From: Candidatus Latescibacterota bacterium
GTDB taxonomy: Bacteria; Latescibacterota; UBA2968
DNA: 64,000 nt
Reading direction: 5' to 3'
NCBI GenBank assembly: GCA_965208125.1
Contig: OZ242320.1
Coordinates: 2,208,001 to 2,272,000, forward strand
Shown: in pieces, positions 17,228 through 27,623 of the stretch
Layout of the letters: every line of letters begins with the position of its first letter
How positions within the stretch are numbered: the first letter of the stretch is position 1
Program-made: the position numbers and the translations under genes
Notes under the pieces: generated by a model
The model's input: only the letters and a program-made list of their open reading frames with translations
The model's database searches: none
Told to the model about the DNA's origin: nothing

Positions 17228-18721
17228 TCACTCGCCAGACAGGTCCAGGGCGATGGCGTCCGGGTGTCTCAGGCCGGTGGTGACGAGGTCTTCGATGTTC
17301 GATCCGTCGAGGTTGGCGCGCTGAATTTTGCGTCTGCTTCTGTCTGCCCAGTATATTTTGCCCTCGGTCAGGTCCAGGGTGATGCTCCGCGGTCCGCTCA
17401 ATCCGGTGGTGGCGGTGACGAGGTCTTCGATGTCTGATCCGTCGAGGTTAGCGCGCTGAATTTTATGTGTGCCTTCGTCTGTCCAGTACATTTTGCCTTT
17501 GGACAAGTCCAGGGCGATGCCCTGTGGTCCCTCCAATCCAGTGGTGATGAGGTCTTCGATATTTGATCCGTCGAGATTGGCCCGTTGAATCTTATCCGGG
17601 CTATCGTGTGCCCAGTACATTTTGCCTCCGGCTATGTCCAGAGCGATGCTTTGAGGGTATCTCAGTCCCGTGATGAGGTCTTCGATGTTCGATCCGTTGA
17701 GGTTGGCGCGCTGGATTTTACCCGTGCTAAAGTCTGTCCAGTATATTTTTCCCCCAGCTACGTCCAGAGCGATGCCTTCTGGGCCTGTAGGACTGCTCGT
17801 CAATCCCGTAGCGATGAGGTTTTCGATGTTTGATCCGTTGAGGTTAGCGCGCTGGATTTTATCCGTGCCTCCGTCTGTCCAGTACATTTTGCCTTTGGAC
17901 AAGTCCAGGGCGATGCCCTGTGGATAGATCAATCCGGTGGTGACGAGGTCTTCGATGTTTGATCCGTCGAGGTTGGCACGCTGGATTTTATGTGTTCCTA
18001 CATCGGTCCAGTACATTTTTGGTGTGCTGCCGGGGGAGGATACTTCTTTGCCGAAGTCGCGGGCAAAGATGACGAAGTCCGAGAATCTTATCGCATGATC
18101 TACGTCCAGGTCGTATTTCGCTTCGTATGTCCCATCACCGCGCGTTGAGCCGAACCGACTTGCAAAGAGTACAAAGTCGATGAATCCAACATGTCCGTCG
18201 CCGTCAAAGTCCGGGGAGGGGGCCGAGCGCAAGGCTACACTTATATTTAGAGATATAGTTTCAAATTGACCATCCCGACTGAGTATCGCGCGCGTGAGGC
18301 GAATTGTGGTGTTGGAAAATGTACGTGTGGTGCGAAAGTGTATCGTGCCCATCAAACCACTATTGACTGTGGCGGATCCGCCAAAAGATACCATGCTGAC
18401 TTGCACGAAGGTTGGGTTTGTACCGTGTTCTGCCAATACCTGGGCGTTGGGCAATACGTTGCCGGAGAAGAATCCCTGATATGTGATCTGGCGCGCGTTG
18501 TATTCAAAGCGGGGCGAGATGCCGGTTGCGTTCTGGATGTCTGTGCCAAAGATTTGTATGGCAATGACTTGATCTGGGGATGCGATGAGGGTGGCGAGCG
18601 CTTGATTGTCCGGTGCATTGTCCAGGTCGAGAGAGAGGGAGAAGCTGTTTTGTGCGGATAGAGATAAGGGGCATATCAAGAGTGCGATTGTCGATAGGGT
18701 TGATAGTATGAGGTTGCGCAT
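17228..18721 (-). CDS. Secreted cohesin-like + dockerin-like + LDL-receptor class B (YWTD) repeat protein
   Basis: AGGAG RBS, signal peptide MRNLILSTLSTIALL, cohesin-like region (FEYN...GLMGTIHF), PDFDGDGHVGFIDF/YDLDVDHAIRFSDF, and six KMYWTD...KIQRANLDGSNIEDL repeats. Confidence 0.88.
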   Translation of the reverse strand: MRNLILSTLSTIALLICPLSLSAQNSFSLSLDLDNAPDNQALATLIASPDQVIAIQIFGTDIQNATGISPRFEYNARQITYQGFFSGNVLPNAQVLAEHGTNPTFVQVSMVSFGGSATVNSGLMGTIHFRTTRTFSNTTIRLTRAILSRDGQFETISLNISVALRSAPSPDFDGDGHVGFIDFVLFASRFGSTRGDGTYEAKYDLDVDHAIRFSDFVIFARDFGKEVSSPGSTPKMYWTDVGTHKIQRANLDGSNIEDLVTTGLIYPQGIALDLSKGKMYWTDGGTDKIQRANLNGSNIENLIATGLTSSPTGPEGIALDVAGGKIYWTDFSTGKIQRANLNGSNIEDLITGLRYPQSIALDIAGGKMYWAHDSPDKIQRANLDGSNIEDLITTGLEGPQGIALDLSKGKMYWTDEGTHKIQRANLDGSDIEDLVTATTGLSGPRSITLDLTEGKIYWADRSRRKIQRANLDGSNIEDLVTTGLRHPDAIALDLSGE

Positions 18722-18744
18722 GGTTTTCTCCTGTGTGTTCATCT

Positions 18745-20160
18745 CTATTTTTTTGGGGACAAAAATGTCGCGATGTCGTTCGAGTCCCAGAGATAGAGGT
18801 GCGGGTCTCGGAGATTTTTGAGGGTGTTGGTAAATCCAGATTTGGAGGTGATGAGATAAAAAGCGTCCCTGGTTGGGAGTTTTTGTGCGCGGTGTTTGAG
18901 GGTTTGCAGGACGTCTATGCCAACGGGGGTGGATGTCCATTTGCATTCGACGAAGAGGGTTTGCCGGGTTTCGGGGTTGAGGGCGACGAGGTCTATTTCG
19001 CTTTGTCTGTCCCACCAGCGTCCGATTCGGTGAAAGTAGAAGGGTGCGGCGTTGTGCAGGTTGAGTTTGATCAAGAGTTCTCGCGTGATGTTTTCAAAGG
19101 CAAGGCCCATGAATTCCGAAATGGAGGTATTGAGGCGGTTGAGAAAATAGGGGAAATTGCCCGATTCGTAGATGCTCAATTGCCGGTAGATGAATCGCAT
19201 CCAGAATGTGATAAAGGGGTCGCGGATTTTATAGCGGCTTTTTTTTGTTTTCCAGGGTCGTTCGGTGATGGGTACTTCGCGTTCGATGAGGTCGAACAGG
19301 TCGGATAATTCGCGCAGGTATTTGGACAGGCTCGTGGCTGGCAGGCCAGCGGGTCCTGCGATTTCAGATCGGCGGGTTTTGCCGGTGGCGATGGCTTCGA
19401 GGATTGCCAGATAGGTGTGGGCCGTGTTTCCAAATTCGGAGAGGATGATGTCGCGCATTTCATTGCGAAAGGAGGCAAAGGGGGTGAATAGTGCGCGATG
19501 GAGAATGTGGGGGATGGTGCTGCCGCCCAGGCCCATGCTTTCTATGATTTCGTAATACCGGGGCATGCCGCCAAAGATGCCGTAGAGGGTCAGGATGTCT
19601 GTGGGCGATAGAAAGCCGAGTTCTGTGGCGATTTGGTAGATGGCGTCGATGGGTAAGGGGCTGAGATCTATTTCCCGGGTGAGGCGGCCATAGAGGGGTT
19701 CTTTGGCGTCCTGGAAGACTTTTTTCATCAGGCCGACGACAGAACCTATGGCGATGAGATGGATTCTGGATTGTTTGTGCCATGTGTCCCACACGTCCTG
19801 GAGGATGGAATAGATGGCGGGTTCGATGGTGAGGAAGTTTTGAAATTCGTCGAAGACGACGATCAGGGACTGGCGCTGAGTTTCGGCAAAGAGGAATACG
19901 AAAAAGTCTTTCCAATCTGTAAATGCAGGCGCGTAGGCGATGTGCGATTTGAGGGTGGCGGAGAATTCGATGAGGAGGGCATTTGAAGGGCGTTTTTCGA
20001 CAAAGAAATAGATGCCGCGATTCTGGAGATGCTGGCGCACGAGTTCTGTTTTTCCCGTGCGGCGTCGCCCAAAAATTGCGGTGAATTGAGAATATTGCGC
20101 CGATCTTTCGGTGAGTTCTCGCAGGAGTGCGAGTTCTGTTTCTCTGTTGTAGAATTTCAT
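18745..20160 (-). CDS. Archaeal-type ATPase with C-terminal DUF234/PD-(D/E)XK domain
   Basis: MKFYNRETEL, GRRRTGKT, FDEFQ, GGMPRY, GRWW...EIDLVA...VECKW. Confidence 0.88.
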   Translation of the reverse strand: MKFYNRETELALLRELTERSAQYSQFTAIFGRRRTGKTELVRQHLQNRGIYFFVEKRPSNALLIEFSATLKSHIAYAPAFTDWKDFFVFLFAETQRQSLIVVFDEFQNFLTIEPAIYSILQDVWDTWHKQSRIHLIAIGSVVGLMKKVFQDAKEPLYGRLTREIDLSPLPIDAIYQIATELGFLSPTDILTLYGIFGGMPRYYEIIESMGLGGSTIPHILHRALFTPFASFRNEMRDIILSEFGNTAHTYLAILEAIATGKTRRSEIAGPAGLPATSLSKYLRELSDLFDLIEREVPITERPWKTKKSRYKIRDPFITFWMRFIYRQLSIYESGNFPYFLNRLNTSISEFMGLAFENITRELLIKLNLHNAAPFYFHRIGRWWDRQSEIDLVALNPETRQTLFVECKWTSTPVGIDVLQTLKHRAQKLPTRDAFYLITSKSGFTNTLKNLRDPHLYLWDSNDIATFLSPKK

Positions 20161-20291
20161 TATTATTCTTTCAATAATTATTATTTTTAGAATAATAATG
20201 AAAATAGGGACAAATGTCAATGCAATTAAGGGTAGATCCGTCATCGCGGCACGGTGTAAGCCGCGATCCAGAGGTTTTGCTTTTGCTTTTC

Positions 20292-20387
20292 ATCCTGTCC
20301 ATCCTTCCATCCTGTAAATCCTGATTCAGACGGTTTTTGCTTTTGACTCTTATCCTGTCCATCCTTTCATCCTGCCTATCCTGATCA
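20292..20387. repeat. ATCCTG-type short repeat cluster
   Basis: ATCCTGTCCATCCTT.CATCCTG..AATCCTGAT units; further copies at ~46883-46922, ~57400-57433 and ~58379-58418. Confidence 0.8.
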
Positions 20388-21905
20388 TGACCTGACCGTG
20401 CGGATGACGGTTTTGATTTCGTCAATGAGTGTTTTGCGTTCGACGATGAGCAGGCCCGAGCCATAACCTGTGGTGAAGATCGCGCTACCTGCGAGGACGC
20501 CTATTGGGATTGGCAATGTGTTGAGCCATTCGGCACTGGCAAAGTGCATGCCGGTGCCAATGGCCGCGGCGATGAGTGGGGGGGCGAATGTTCTGGCGAT
20601 GGGGATATCGACATGTGCGCGTACGAGGATGAGTGCGAGGATGAGGCCGACGATGGCGATTGCGTTCATGCTTATGGCGATGCCTGTGGCGTCCATGTGA
20701 TGGGCGAGATAGGGGGCCAGGATGAGGAGGATGAGGGCTTGTGCCGAGGCGAATTTTGCAATGCTTTTGGGGCTGCCTACGCTGTAGAATAGGGCGTGTA
20801 TATCGTCGAGGATAGGACGGCAGAGGGAGTAGATGATGAGCCATTGGAGGAGGGGGGCTGCAGGTGCCCAGTCGGGTTTGAAGATGTGTATCCATCGGTT
20901 GGCTTCGAGCGCGAGGACGAGGGAGATGGGGACGGTGGTGCGGAGGATGAGGCGCGAGGTTCGGCGGTATGCTGCGGAGAGTTGGTCGCGGTTGTTCTGG
21001 TAGCGCGCGTACACTGTGGCTGTGATGCGTACAATGACCATGGTGATAGCTCCGCTGGGCATTTGGGCAAAGTTGTGTGCGGCGTCGTATATCCCGCGCA
21101 GGCTTAACCCGAAGAATAAGCTGATGATGAGTTTGTCGTAGTGCTGGACGAAGATTTTGGGTATGCCGCCGATCCAGTACCATAAGCCGTAGCGGATCAT
21201 GCGCCGCGCGGCTTGTGGGTTGAAGGTGTGTAGCTGGTCTATTGGGGGGGGATGGCGAAGCCAGAGGACGGTGCAATAGAAGAGGATGTAGGTGACGCTG
21301 TATGGGAAAAATCCGAGGATGAGTGCCCATTTGCCGTATCCGAGGTAGGCAACAGCGAGGCCGACGAGGGCTGCGAGGGTGGTTCCTCCTGCATGTGCAA
21401 AGGCGAGGCGTCCAAATTCGAGGTCGCGTTGTAGCTGGGTTTCAGCGGTGAGTGCGGCTGTTCGGATCAGGTCGAATACGCCCAGTATGCATAGGGCGAT
21501 GGCGACTTTGGGGTAGTTTTGGGTGTCTGTAAAGCCGAGGTAGGTGTTGAATGTGCGGGTGAGTTCAAACAGGTTTTCGGAATAGAGGGCGATGCACAGG
21601 GCGAGGAGTGTGCTGATGCTGCCCAGGCCAATGCTGAGTACAAAGTGCGTGGGTGCGAGGTCGTGGACGTTGTCGTGTTCGTGCAGGAGTGCGTAGTGCA
21701 ATCCGAGGTCGCGGATTGCGATTATAAGGACGAGGATGGAATAGGCTGTTGTGATGGCACCAAAGTCTTCGGGGACGAGGATCTGGTAGAGCAGGAGGAG
21801 GACCGCGAAGTTGATGATTCGCGCAGGGTAGGTGCTGCCGAAGGTCTGTACCGTGCCGCGCGCGATGCGCTGGATGGCGGATTTTTCAGTTGGTGGTTTT
21901 TCCAT
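20385..21905 (-). CDS. Oligosaccharide flippase (Wzx/WzxC-like)
   Basis: L.PEDFG, DLGL..AL, G.WAL, DKLII...G.Y and about 12-14 TM segments. Confidence 0.85.
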   Translation of the reverse strand: MEKPPTEKSAIQRIARGTVQTFGSTYPARIINFAVLLLLYQILVPEDFGAITTAYSILVLIIAIRDLGLHYALLHEHDNVHDLAPTHFVLSIGLGSISTLLALCIALYSENLFELTRTFNTYLGFTDTQNYPKVAIALCILGVFDLIRTAALTAETQLQRDLEFGRLAFAHAGGTTLAALVGLAVAYLGYGKWALILGFFPYSVTYILFYCTVLWLRHPPPIDQLHTFNPQAARRMIRYGLWYWIGGIPKIFVQHYDKLIISLFFGLSLRGIYDAAHNFAQMPSGAITMVIVRITATVYARYQNNRDQLSAAYRRTSRLILRTTVPISLVLALEANRWIHIFKPDWAPAAPLLQWLIIYSLCRPILDDIHALFYSVGSPKSIAKFASAQALILLILAPYLAHHMDATGIAISMNAIAIVGLILALILVRAHVDIPIARTFAPPLIAAAIGTGMHFASAEWLNTLPIPIGVLAGSAIFTTGYGSGLLIVERKTLIDEIKTVIRTVRS

Positions 21906-24306
21906 GGGGTTTGTATATGCACAGGGGGATTGCGATGAGGAGGATGAGGACGCCGCCGAGTGTGATCCAGCGCGTGGTGGCTACGATGGGGTCGCGGTAG
22001 GTGAGTTCGACGATGTGTTCGCCGGGTGCAAGGGCGACTGCGGTCCAGAGGTAGTTGGCGCGGATGAGGGGTTTGGGTTCGCCGTTGACGGTGGCGTTCC
22101 AGTTGGGGTGGTGGTTTTGCGAGATGACGAGGATGCGGGGTCCGGGGGCTGTTGTGCTGAGTTTGAGATGGCCCTGGTGTTCGTTGTATTCGAGGCGTTC
22201 GACACTGCCTGTTTCACTGGCGTTGGGATCGGAGGCGATGCCGGGGTTTTCTTCGATGATTGCTGTTTGCATGGGGTTGGCGTTGGGGTCGGTCAGTTTT
22301 TGCAGGATTTGATTTTCGTCGGAGATGATTTCGTATTGGGGCGCGAGATAAAACCACGGTAGCGCACCGGGGTTGCGGTAGATGTGCAGGCCCTGGCGCC
22401 CGGCAATTTTTTCGAGATATGGGATGTTCAGTTCAGAGGGTGCGACGATGTATTTGGTGTTGAGGAGGTTGAGGATCGCGGGGTTGTTGAAGGCTCCGGA
22501 TTTGAGGATGTTGTCATAACGCCTGATGGTGAAGTCGTGAAATCCGGTTACGAGGTCTATGCCGGGTAAGGGCATCTGGTTGTGGTCGGGTAGGGCGAGT
22601 ACGCGGAAGAGGCTGTTGTCCCGTTTGAGGAAGGCAACGGCGTCGGCATTGACGCGCTCGCGGGGGGGAACGCGGTTGGGGTTGACGTAGTTGAGAAACA
22701 TTTTGTCTATGCGCCATGTGTCGATGAGGAGGATGGCGAGGAGGATGAGGGCAAAGGTGTGGATTTTGAGTTTGTTTTGTGCGCGGAGATATGAGATGGC
22801 GGTGAGTGTGCCGACGAAGAGTGCGGCGAGCAATGCGCCCTGTCCTGTGAGGGAGAGGTTCGCCTGGGCGATTTGCTGACGGGTGAGGGATGTATCTCTG
22901 GTTTTTACTATGATCTCTTGCCATGCCGATATGTCCGTCCAGACGATGTTTTGCCATAAGGATAGGAGCGTGGCGGGGGCGAAGGCAAATAGGAGGAGGA
23001 TTGCGGTGCATATCCCGCCTGCGATGCCGAGTTTTTTTGCGGTTTCAGGGGTGATGTCGTCGGTTATGAGGCGGTGGAGTCCGTACGCGCCGAGGGCGCA
23101 CAGTGCAAAGGAGAAGAGGAAGGCGATCATGCCGGGCGCGCGCAATGTGCTGACGCCGGGGACGAGGTGGTAGAGGAGTTTGTGCAAGGGGGTGTGCGGA
23201 CCGAGTGCATAGGCGACTGAGAGTATGAAGAGGCCGAGGAGGAACGCGATGTGGGTTTTTTTGCGGGTGCGCGAGAGGGCAAAGATGGCGAAGAATAGGG
23301 GGACGATGCCGACGTATTCGGAGTTGATTTTGAATGCGTTGCGTCCCCAGTATTTGTGGGTTGTTGTGTTTGTGTCAAAGGCGACAAATTCGGGGATGAC
23401 GAGGGCGAATATTTCTTCGGGGTGGAGCGACCAGGATGAGGCAAATTCATAACCTTCGTCGGTTTGTTGTTCGGTGAAGGCGCGTTTTGAGGCGGTTTTT
23501 GTGTTCCAGTATTGTGGGATGACGCCTTCTGCACCGATGGCGAGGCCCAGGCAGATGGCGCCTGCTGATAAGAGGGTCTGATAGACGGCGGTTTTTTTAT
23601 TTTTGGTACGGAACAGGTCCCGTATGAGTTTGTAGAGGAAGAGCAGGCCCAGTCCCCAGAGGGCGAAGTAGGCCATCTGGAGGTGCGGGCTGTAGATGGC
23701 GATGCCGACGGTGCCGCCGAGGATTAAAAAGTAGATGATGCGCCGCGTGTCCATGCCGCGGTTGAGCGCCCAGTACATGAGGGGGAAGAGGCCGATGACG
23801 GTCATTTTTGCATAGTGCCCGGCATGCGAGAAGGAGAGGAATGCCGGGGCAGACGCATAGGCCGCACCCGCGATGAGGGCGGCGAGGGGATGGAGGCCAA
23901 AGCTGCGTGTGCAGAGGTACATGAAGTAGCCGGCTGTAAACATGGCAAAGATGTAGCGCCAGCCAAAATAGCGGTGTTGGCTGGTGAAGAGGTCTATGAC
24001 GATGAGGGGATAGTATTGGGCGCGCAGCGCGGCGGATTCTGGCATGCCGCCCATGTATCGGGTCCAGTTTTTTTGTGGCAATTTGCTCAGGGCTTCGGCA
24101 AAGGGTTCGTTGCCGCTGTGAAATTCTGCGCCGGTGTCAGTGCCGTAGATTACGTCGCCCGTGATGAGGATGTGATAGAAATATCCGGCGGTGAGCAGGG
24201 CAAAAAAGACTATGGGGACCCAGGGGCGAGATAGGAAATGGGTGAGGTCAAACGCCGTCCGGGTTTGGATGGATGAGGGACGGCTATGCTTGCGTCGTTT
24301 GCTCAT
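21886..24306 (-). CDS. YfhO-like membrane protein
   Basis: W..YMGGMP, AGH..K, SWSLHPEE, YVG, C-terminal SQNHHPNW.ATVNG....IRANY..TAV.L.PGEH. Confidence 0.8.
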   Translation of the reverse strand: MSKRRKHSRPSSIQTRTAFDLTHFLSRPWVPIVFFALLTAGYFYHILITGDVIYGTDTGAEFHSGNEPFAEALSKLPQKNWTRYMGGMPESAALRAQYYPLIVIDLFTSQHRYFGWRYIFAMFTAGYFMYLCTRSFGLHPLAALIAGAAYASAPAFLSFSHAGHYAKMTVIGLFPLMYWALNRGMDTRRIIYFLILGGTVGIAIYSPHLQMAYFALWGLGLLFLYKLIRDLFRTKNKKTAVYQTLLSAGAICLGLAIGAEGVIPQYWNTKTASKRAFTEQQTDEGYEFASSWSLHPEEIFALVIPEFVAFDTNTTTHKYWGRNAFKINSEYVGIVPLFFAIFALSRTRKKTHIAFLLGLFILSVAYALGPHTPLHKLLYHLVPGVSTLRAPGMIAFLFSFALCALGAYGLHRLITDDITPETAKKLGIAGGICTAILLLFAFAPATLLSLWQNIVWTDISAWQEIIVKTRDTSLTRQQIAQANLSLTGQGALLAALFVGTLTAISYLRAQNKLKIHTFALILLAILLIDTWRIDKMFLNYVNPNRVPPRERVNADAVAFLKRDNSLFRVLALPDHNQMPLPGIDLVTGFHDFTIRRYDNILKSGAFNNPAILNLLNTKYIVAPSELNIPYLEKIAGRQGLHIYRNPGALPWFYLAPQYEIISDENQILQKLTDPNANPMQTAIIEENPGIASDPNASETGSVERLEYNEHQGHLKLSTTAPGPRILVISQNHHPNWNATVNGEPKPLIRANYLWTAVALAPGEHIVELTYRDPIVATTRWITLGGVLILLIAIPLCIYKPHGKTTN

Positions 24307-25418
24307 TGTTGGGGTTCCTGTGATGTGGCGACTTTTAAATACACTTCTTCTTGCGCTTGTGCCGTGCGGTCCCATGTGAATTGTGTGGCCCATTTGCGGC
24401 CCGCTGTTCCCAGGCGTTTGCGCAGAAAGGGGTCGCCGAGCAGGCGTTTCATGGCGCTGGCGAGTGCCTGGGGATTTTCGGGGGGGACGAGGAGGCCGGT
24501 TTCATCGGCGCGGATGGCATCTGCCAATCCGGGGATGTCGGTGCCTATGACGGCTTTGGCAGCGGCAGCGGCTTCAATGGCGACAATGCCCCAGCCTTCG
24601 TAGCGCGAGGGGGTGCAGACGAATAGGGCATGGCCCATGAGGATGTTTTTTTGTTCGGGTGTGACGGCGCCGGTAAATTCGACGCGGTTTGCGATGTTGA
24701 GTTGGTTGGCTATGGATCGTATTTCGCGTTTGTTTTGAGGCGTTCCTCGACCCGAGAGGATGAGGCGGATGTCGGGTGGGTTGAGTTTGGCAAAGGCGGA
24801 TAGGAGGATGTCGATGCCTTTGTTGTGGATGTCCATGCGCCCGAAATAGAGGATGTAATTCTCTTCTGTCCAGGGGGCTTCAAAACAGATTTGATCGACG
24901 CCGGTATAGACGAGGTGAAATTGCGCGTTTGTTGCGCGTTTTTCAAGCTGGCGCGTGACGGTGGGCGAGATGGTCAGGATGTGCGGGTGAAGGCGCAGGG
25001 CGCGCTGTTCGGCTTTGCGGGCAATGTGGCCGAGCACGGGGTATTTTGCAGTGGCGTGGTCGTCCATGAAGTGGAAGAATTCGAGGAGGCTGTCGCGCCT
25101 TTTTTGTTTGGATACGAAGAGGGGGGCAAAGGCCGAGAATTGATGGACCCACAGATCGGTGTTTGCGCGGGCGATTTCGCGGGAGGCGTGGTGGACAAAG
25201 CTCATTCGGCTGAGGAGGTACGAGCGGTCTGATCCCACGCGGCGGATGTGTACGCCTTCTCGGGTTTCTTCTCTGAGGGCGTTGGGATACGCGCCTGTCA
25301 GGATGATGATCTGGTGTTTGTGCGCTAGACGACGGGCGATTTCCCATGTGCGCAGGGCACCACCCCCACCACACCAGGGGTTGTCTATGTCGTCGTATAA
25401 GGTGTGTAAGATGTTCAT
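24303..25418 (-). CDS. GT4 glycosyltransferase
   Basis: GGGA, YFGR...KG, PSRYEGWGIVAIEA. Confidence 0.9.
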   Translation of the reverse strand: MNILHTLYDDIDNPWCGGGGALRTWEIARRLAHKHQIIILTGAYPNALREETREGVHIRRVGSDRSYLLSRMSFVHHASREIARANTDLWVHQFSAFAPLFVSKQKRRDSLLEFFHFMDDHATAKYPVLGHIARKAEQRALRLHPHILTISPTVTRQLEKRATNAQFHLVYTGVDQICFEAPWTEENYILYFGRMDIHNKGIDILLSAFAKLNPPDIRLILSGRGTPQNKREIRSIANQLNIANRVEFTGAVTPEQKNILMGHALFVCTPSRYEGWGIVAIEAAAAAKAVIGTDIPGLADAIRADETGLLVPPENPQALASAMKRLLGDPFLRKRLGTAGRKWATQFTWDRTAQAQEEVYLKVATSQEPQQ

Positions 25419-25446
25419 TTGAGTTACGGGTCGAAAGGGTGTGCGT

Positions 25447-26037
25447 TCACAGGCTTCCTTTGGTCGAGGGTATGCCGCTGATCCTATTGTCGAGGGTGAC
25501 GGCTTGTCGCAGGGATCGGGCGACGGCTTTGAAGATGGCTTCCATGCCGTGGTGCGCGTTGTTGCCCCGGATGAGGTCGATGTGCAGGTTTAAGCGGGCA
25601 TTGTGCGCGAGTGCGGTGAAAAATTCGAGGCCGAGCGCCGTGGGAAATGCGCCGATGCGTTCTTCGGCGAATGCGGCATTATAGATGAGATGCGCGCGGC
25701 CTGAGAGATCGATTACGGCGCGGGCAAGGGCTTCGTCCATGGGTACGTACGCAAAGCCGAATCGCGCGATGCCGGTTTTGTCGCCCAGTGCGTTGGATAG
25801 TGCTTGACCGAGGCAGATGCCGATGTCTTCGACGGTGTGGTGGGCATCGACTTCGAGGTCGCCTTTGCAGGTGACGGTGAGGTCGAATAGGCCGTGGCGG
25901 GCAAGGGCTGTGAGCATGTGGTCAAAGAAGCCGATGCCGGTGTCGATGTGCGATTCTCCCGTGCCCGTGAGGGCGAGGGTGAGGTCTATGTCGGTTTCAG
26001 AGGTTTTGCGCTGGATGTGTGCTGTGCGAGAAGACAT
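25447..26037 (-). CDS. hisB: Imidazoleglycerol-phosphate dehydratase
   Basis: RKTSETDI, TGIGFFDHML, DAHHTVED, PMDEAL, NAHHGMEAIFKA, PSTKG. Confidence 0.97.
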   Translation of the reverse strand: MSSRTAHIQRKTSETDIDLTLALTGTGESHIDTGIGFFDHMLTALARHGLFDLTVTCKGDLEVDAHHTVEDIGICLGQALSNALGDKTGIARFGFAYVPMDEALARAVIDLSGRAHLIYNAAFAEERIGAFPTALGLEFFTALAHNARLNLHIDLIRGNNAHHGMEAIFKAVARSLRQAVTLDNRISGIPSTKGSL

Positions 26038-26052
26038 GAGATGTGCCTTTTT

Positions 26053-26106
26053 GTAGGGGGCGGGTAGGGGCAGGTTTCAAACCTGCCCTTACAAACCCGC
26101 CCGTAC
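26053..26106 (+). repeat. Nested GTAG REP (one REP inside another)
   Basis: GTAGGGGGCGGGT[AGGGGCAGGTTTCAAACCTGCCCTTAC]AAACCCGCCCGTAC. Confidence 0.75.
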
Positions 26107-26112
26107 AAGCGG

Positions 26113-27531
26113 TTAGGTGATGGCTAATTGCTGATCAGCAGGTTCGGGGAGTGTGCGGTCAATCAGATGATGTTTGTATCCAAAGCCGGGTCCTTCGACG
26201 GTGGAGATGTCGATGTGGCCGTTTTGCCGGCGATAGACGCCGGGGTGTATGACGGCTTCGGGTAGTGAGGCGTCGGGATAAAATTGCATGGCGTTGGTTT
26301 CAAAGCCCATGACGGTGCCGGCATGGGCTGTGAGCAGGGCGTGGGGGATTTGCGCGAGCATGGGATTTGTGAGGTCCTGTACCATGAGTGTCATGCCATG
26401 TGCGCGCGCCCAGCAGAGGGAGAGCAGGGCGCCGGTCTGGGTTTTGCAGGTTTTGAGGGCTACGCCGGTCCAGCCGAGTTGTCGTCCGAGGCGTATGATG
26501 CGCCAGTCGTGCGCACTTTCGTCCATGAAGAGGGGTTTGCGCGCAGAGATGCTGTGTACGTGGAGGGGGTTTTCAGATAGTTCATAAGCGAAGGGCTGTT
26601 CGACGTAGAGGATCATTTGATAGATGCGCGGGTGATCGGTGAGGAGGCGGTCCAGGATGTCGTTGACGTAATCGACTTGTTGGACGGTGCAGTTGAAGTC
26701 TGTACACAACCACATGGCGTTGTTTTCGATGCCGATTTGTCCGATGCGGACGATGCGGTCGTAATCCCATCCGGGTTCTTGTCCGGTGAGTTTGATTTTG
26801 AGGCAGGTAATGCCGTCGCGCCGTATCCAGTCGGGGAGGACTACGGGATAGCCGTCGTCGGGTTCATCGCCCGTGCGTTCGGCGTCGTCGAGGAGGTCGT
26901 TGCCGCCTACGGCGTGCCATGCGGGCAGGCGGTTTGGGCGCGGGCGGATGAAATAGTTTTCGGGATAGCGACCGGAGAAGTTGTGGTTGATGTCGTCGGC
27001 CGGGTCGAGATAGTGCGAGAGGTCGGCGTTCATGAAATCGGAGTTGTATGTGTCGTAGGTGTCGATGTTGTGGCGTATGCCATAGGCGTCGTGCAGGGCG
27101 AGGTCATAAGCCGAGGCGCAGACGAGTGCGGATAGGCGGGGCATGTCTCCCGTGGTTTCCCGTTGTTCGATGTTGAAGGCCGATAGGAGGTTGGGGAGGA
27201 TGTTTTCCTGGACTATGTGGCCGATTTCGATGGGGTGACCGGTGGTGTCGATGTCTGCATAGGCGCGTCCGATTTTGAGGCAGAAGTTTTTCATGGCCGT
27301 TTCCCGGATGGCGTATGTGAGGTGCGGCGATGGCCATGCCCAGGGCGCGCTCAAGGGTGTTTCTCCCCAGCCAGAAGCGGTGTTGCCGCGCTTGTCTTCG
27401 ATGTCGATGCGCACTCTGACGCAGGTGACGCTGTCGAGTTGTTCGGTGCCAAAGCGGTAGGGTATGCGCGTTTGTACGGGGAGGAAATAGGTGGCGACGG
27501 ATTTGATTTTTATGTCTGTTGGTTTGGGCAT
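26113..27531 (-). CDS. Enolase-superfamily (mandelate racemase-like) protein
   Basis: KIKL, DFN, YVEQP, MDES, ALKTCK, C-terminal GPGFG. Confidence 0.8.
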   Translation of the reverse strand: MPKPTDIKIKSVATYFLPVQTRIPYRFGTEQLDSVTCVRVRIDIEDKRGNTASGWGETPLSAPWAWPSPHLTYAIRETAMKNFCLKIGRAYADIDTTGHPIEIGHIVQENILPNLLSAFNIEQRETTGDMPRLSALVCASAYDLALHDAYGIRHNIDTYDTYNSDFMNADLSHYLDPADDINHNFSGRYPENYFIRPRPNRLPAWHAVGGNDLLDDAERTGDEPDDGYPVVLPDWIRRDGITCLKIKLTGQEPGWDYDRIVRIGQIGIENNAMWLCTDFNCTVQQVDYVNDILDRLLTDHPRIYQMILYVEQPFAYELSENPLHVHSISARKPLFMDESAHDWRIIRLGRQLGWTGVALKTCKTQTGALLSLCWARAHGMTLMVQDLTNPMLAQIPHALLTAHAGTVMGFETNAMQFYPDASLPEAVIHPGVYRRQNGHIDISTVEGPGFGYKHHLIDRTLPEPADQQLAIT

Positions 27532-27550
27532 GGGTTGTCTCTGGTGATCC

Positions 27551-27623
27551 GGGACGGCACAGGGGCCGTCCCCTACAATGATATTTTATTTTTTTTGTAG
27601 GGGCGACCCCTTGTGGTCGCCCG
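27551..27623. repeat. Pair of oppositely oriented GTAG REPs
   Basis: GGGACGGCACAGGGGCCGTCCCCTAC (27551-27576) and GTAGGGGCGACCCCTTGTGGTCGCCCG (27597-27623). Confidence 0.85.

Noticed and set aside
17240-18020. ~130-bp periodic repeats
   Set aside because: They are the YWTD propeller blades of the CDS.
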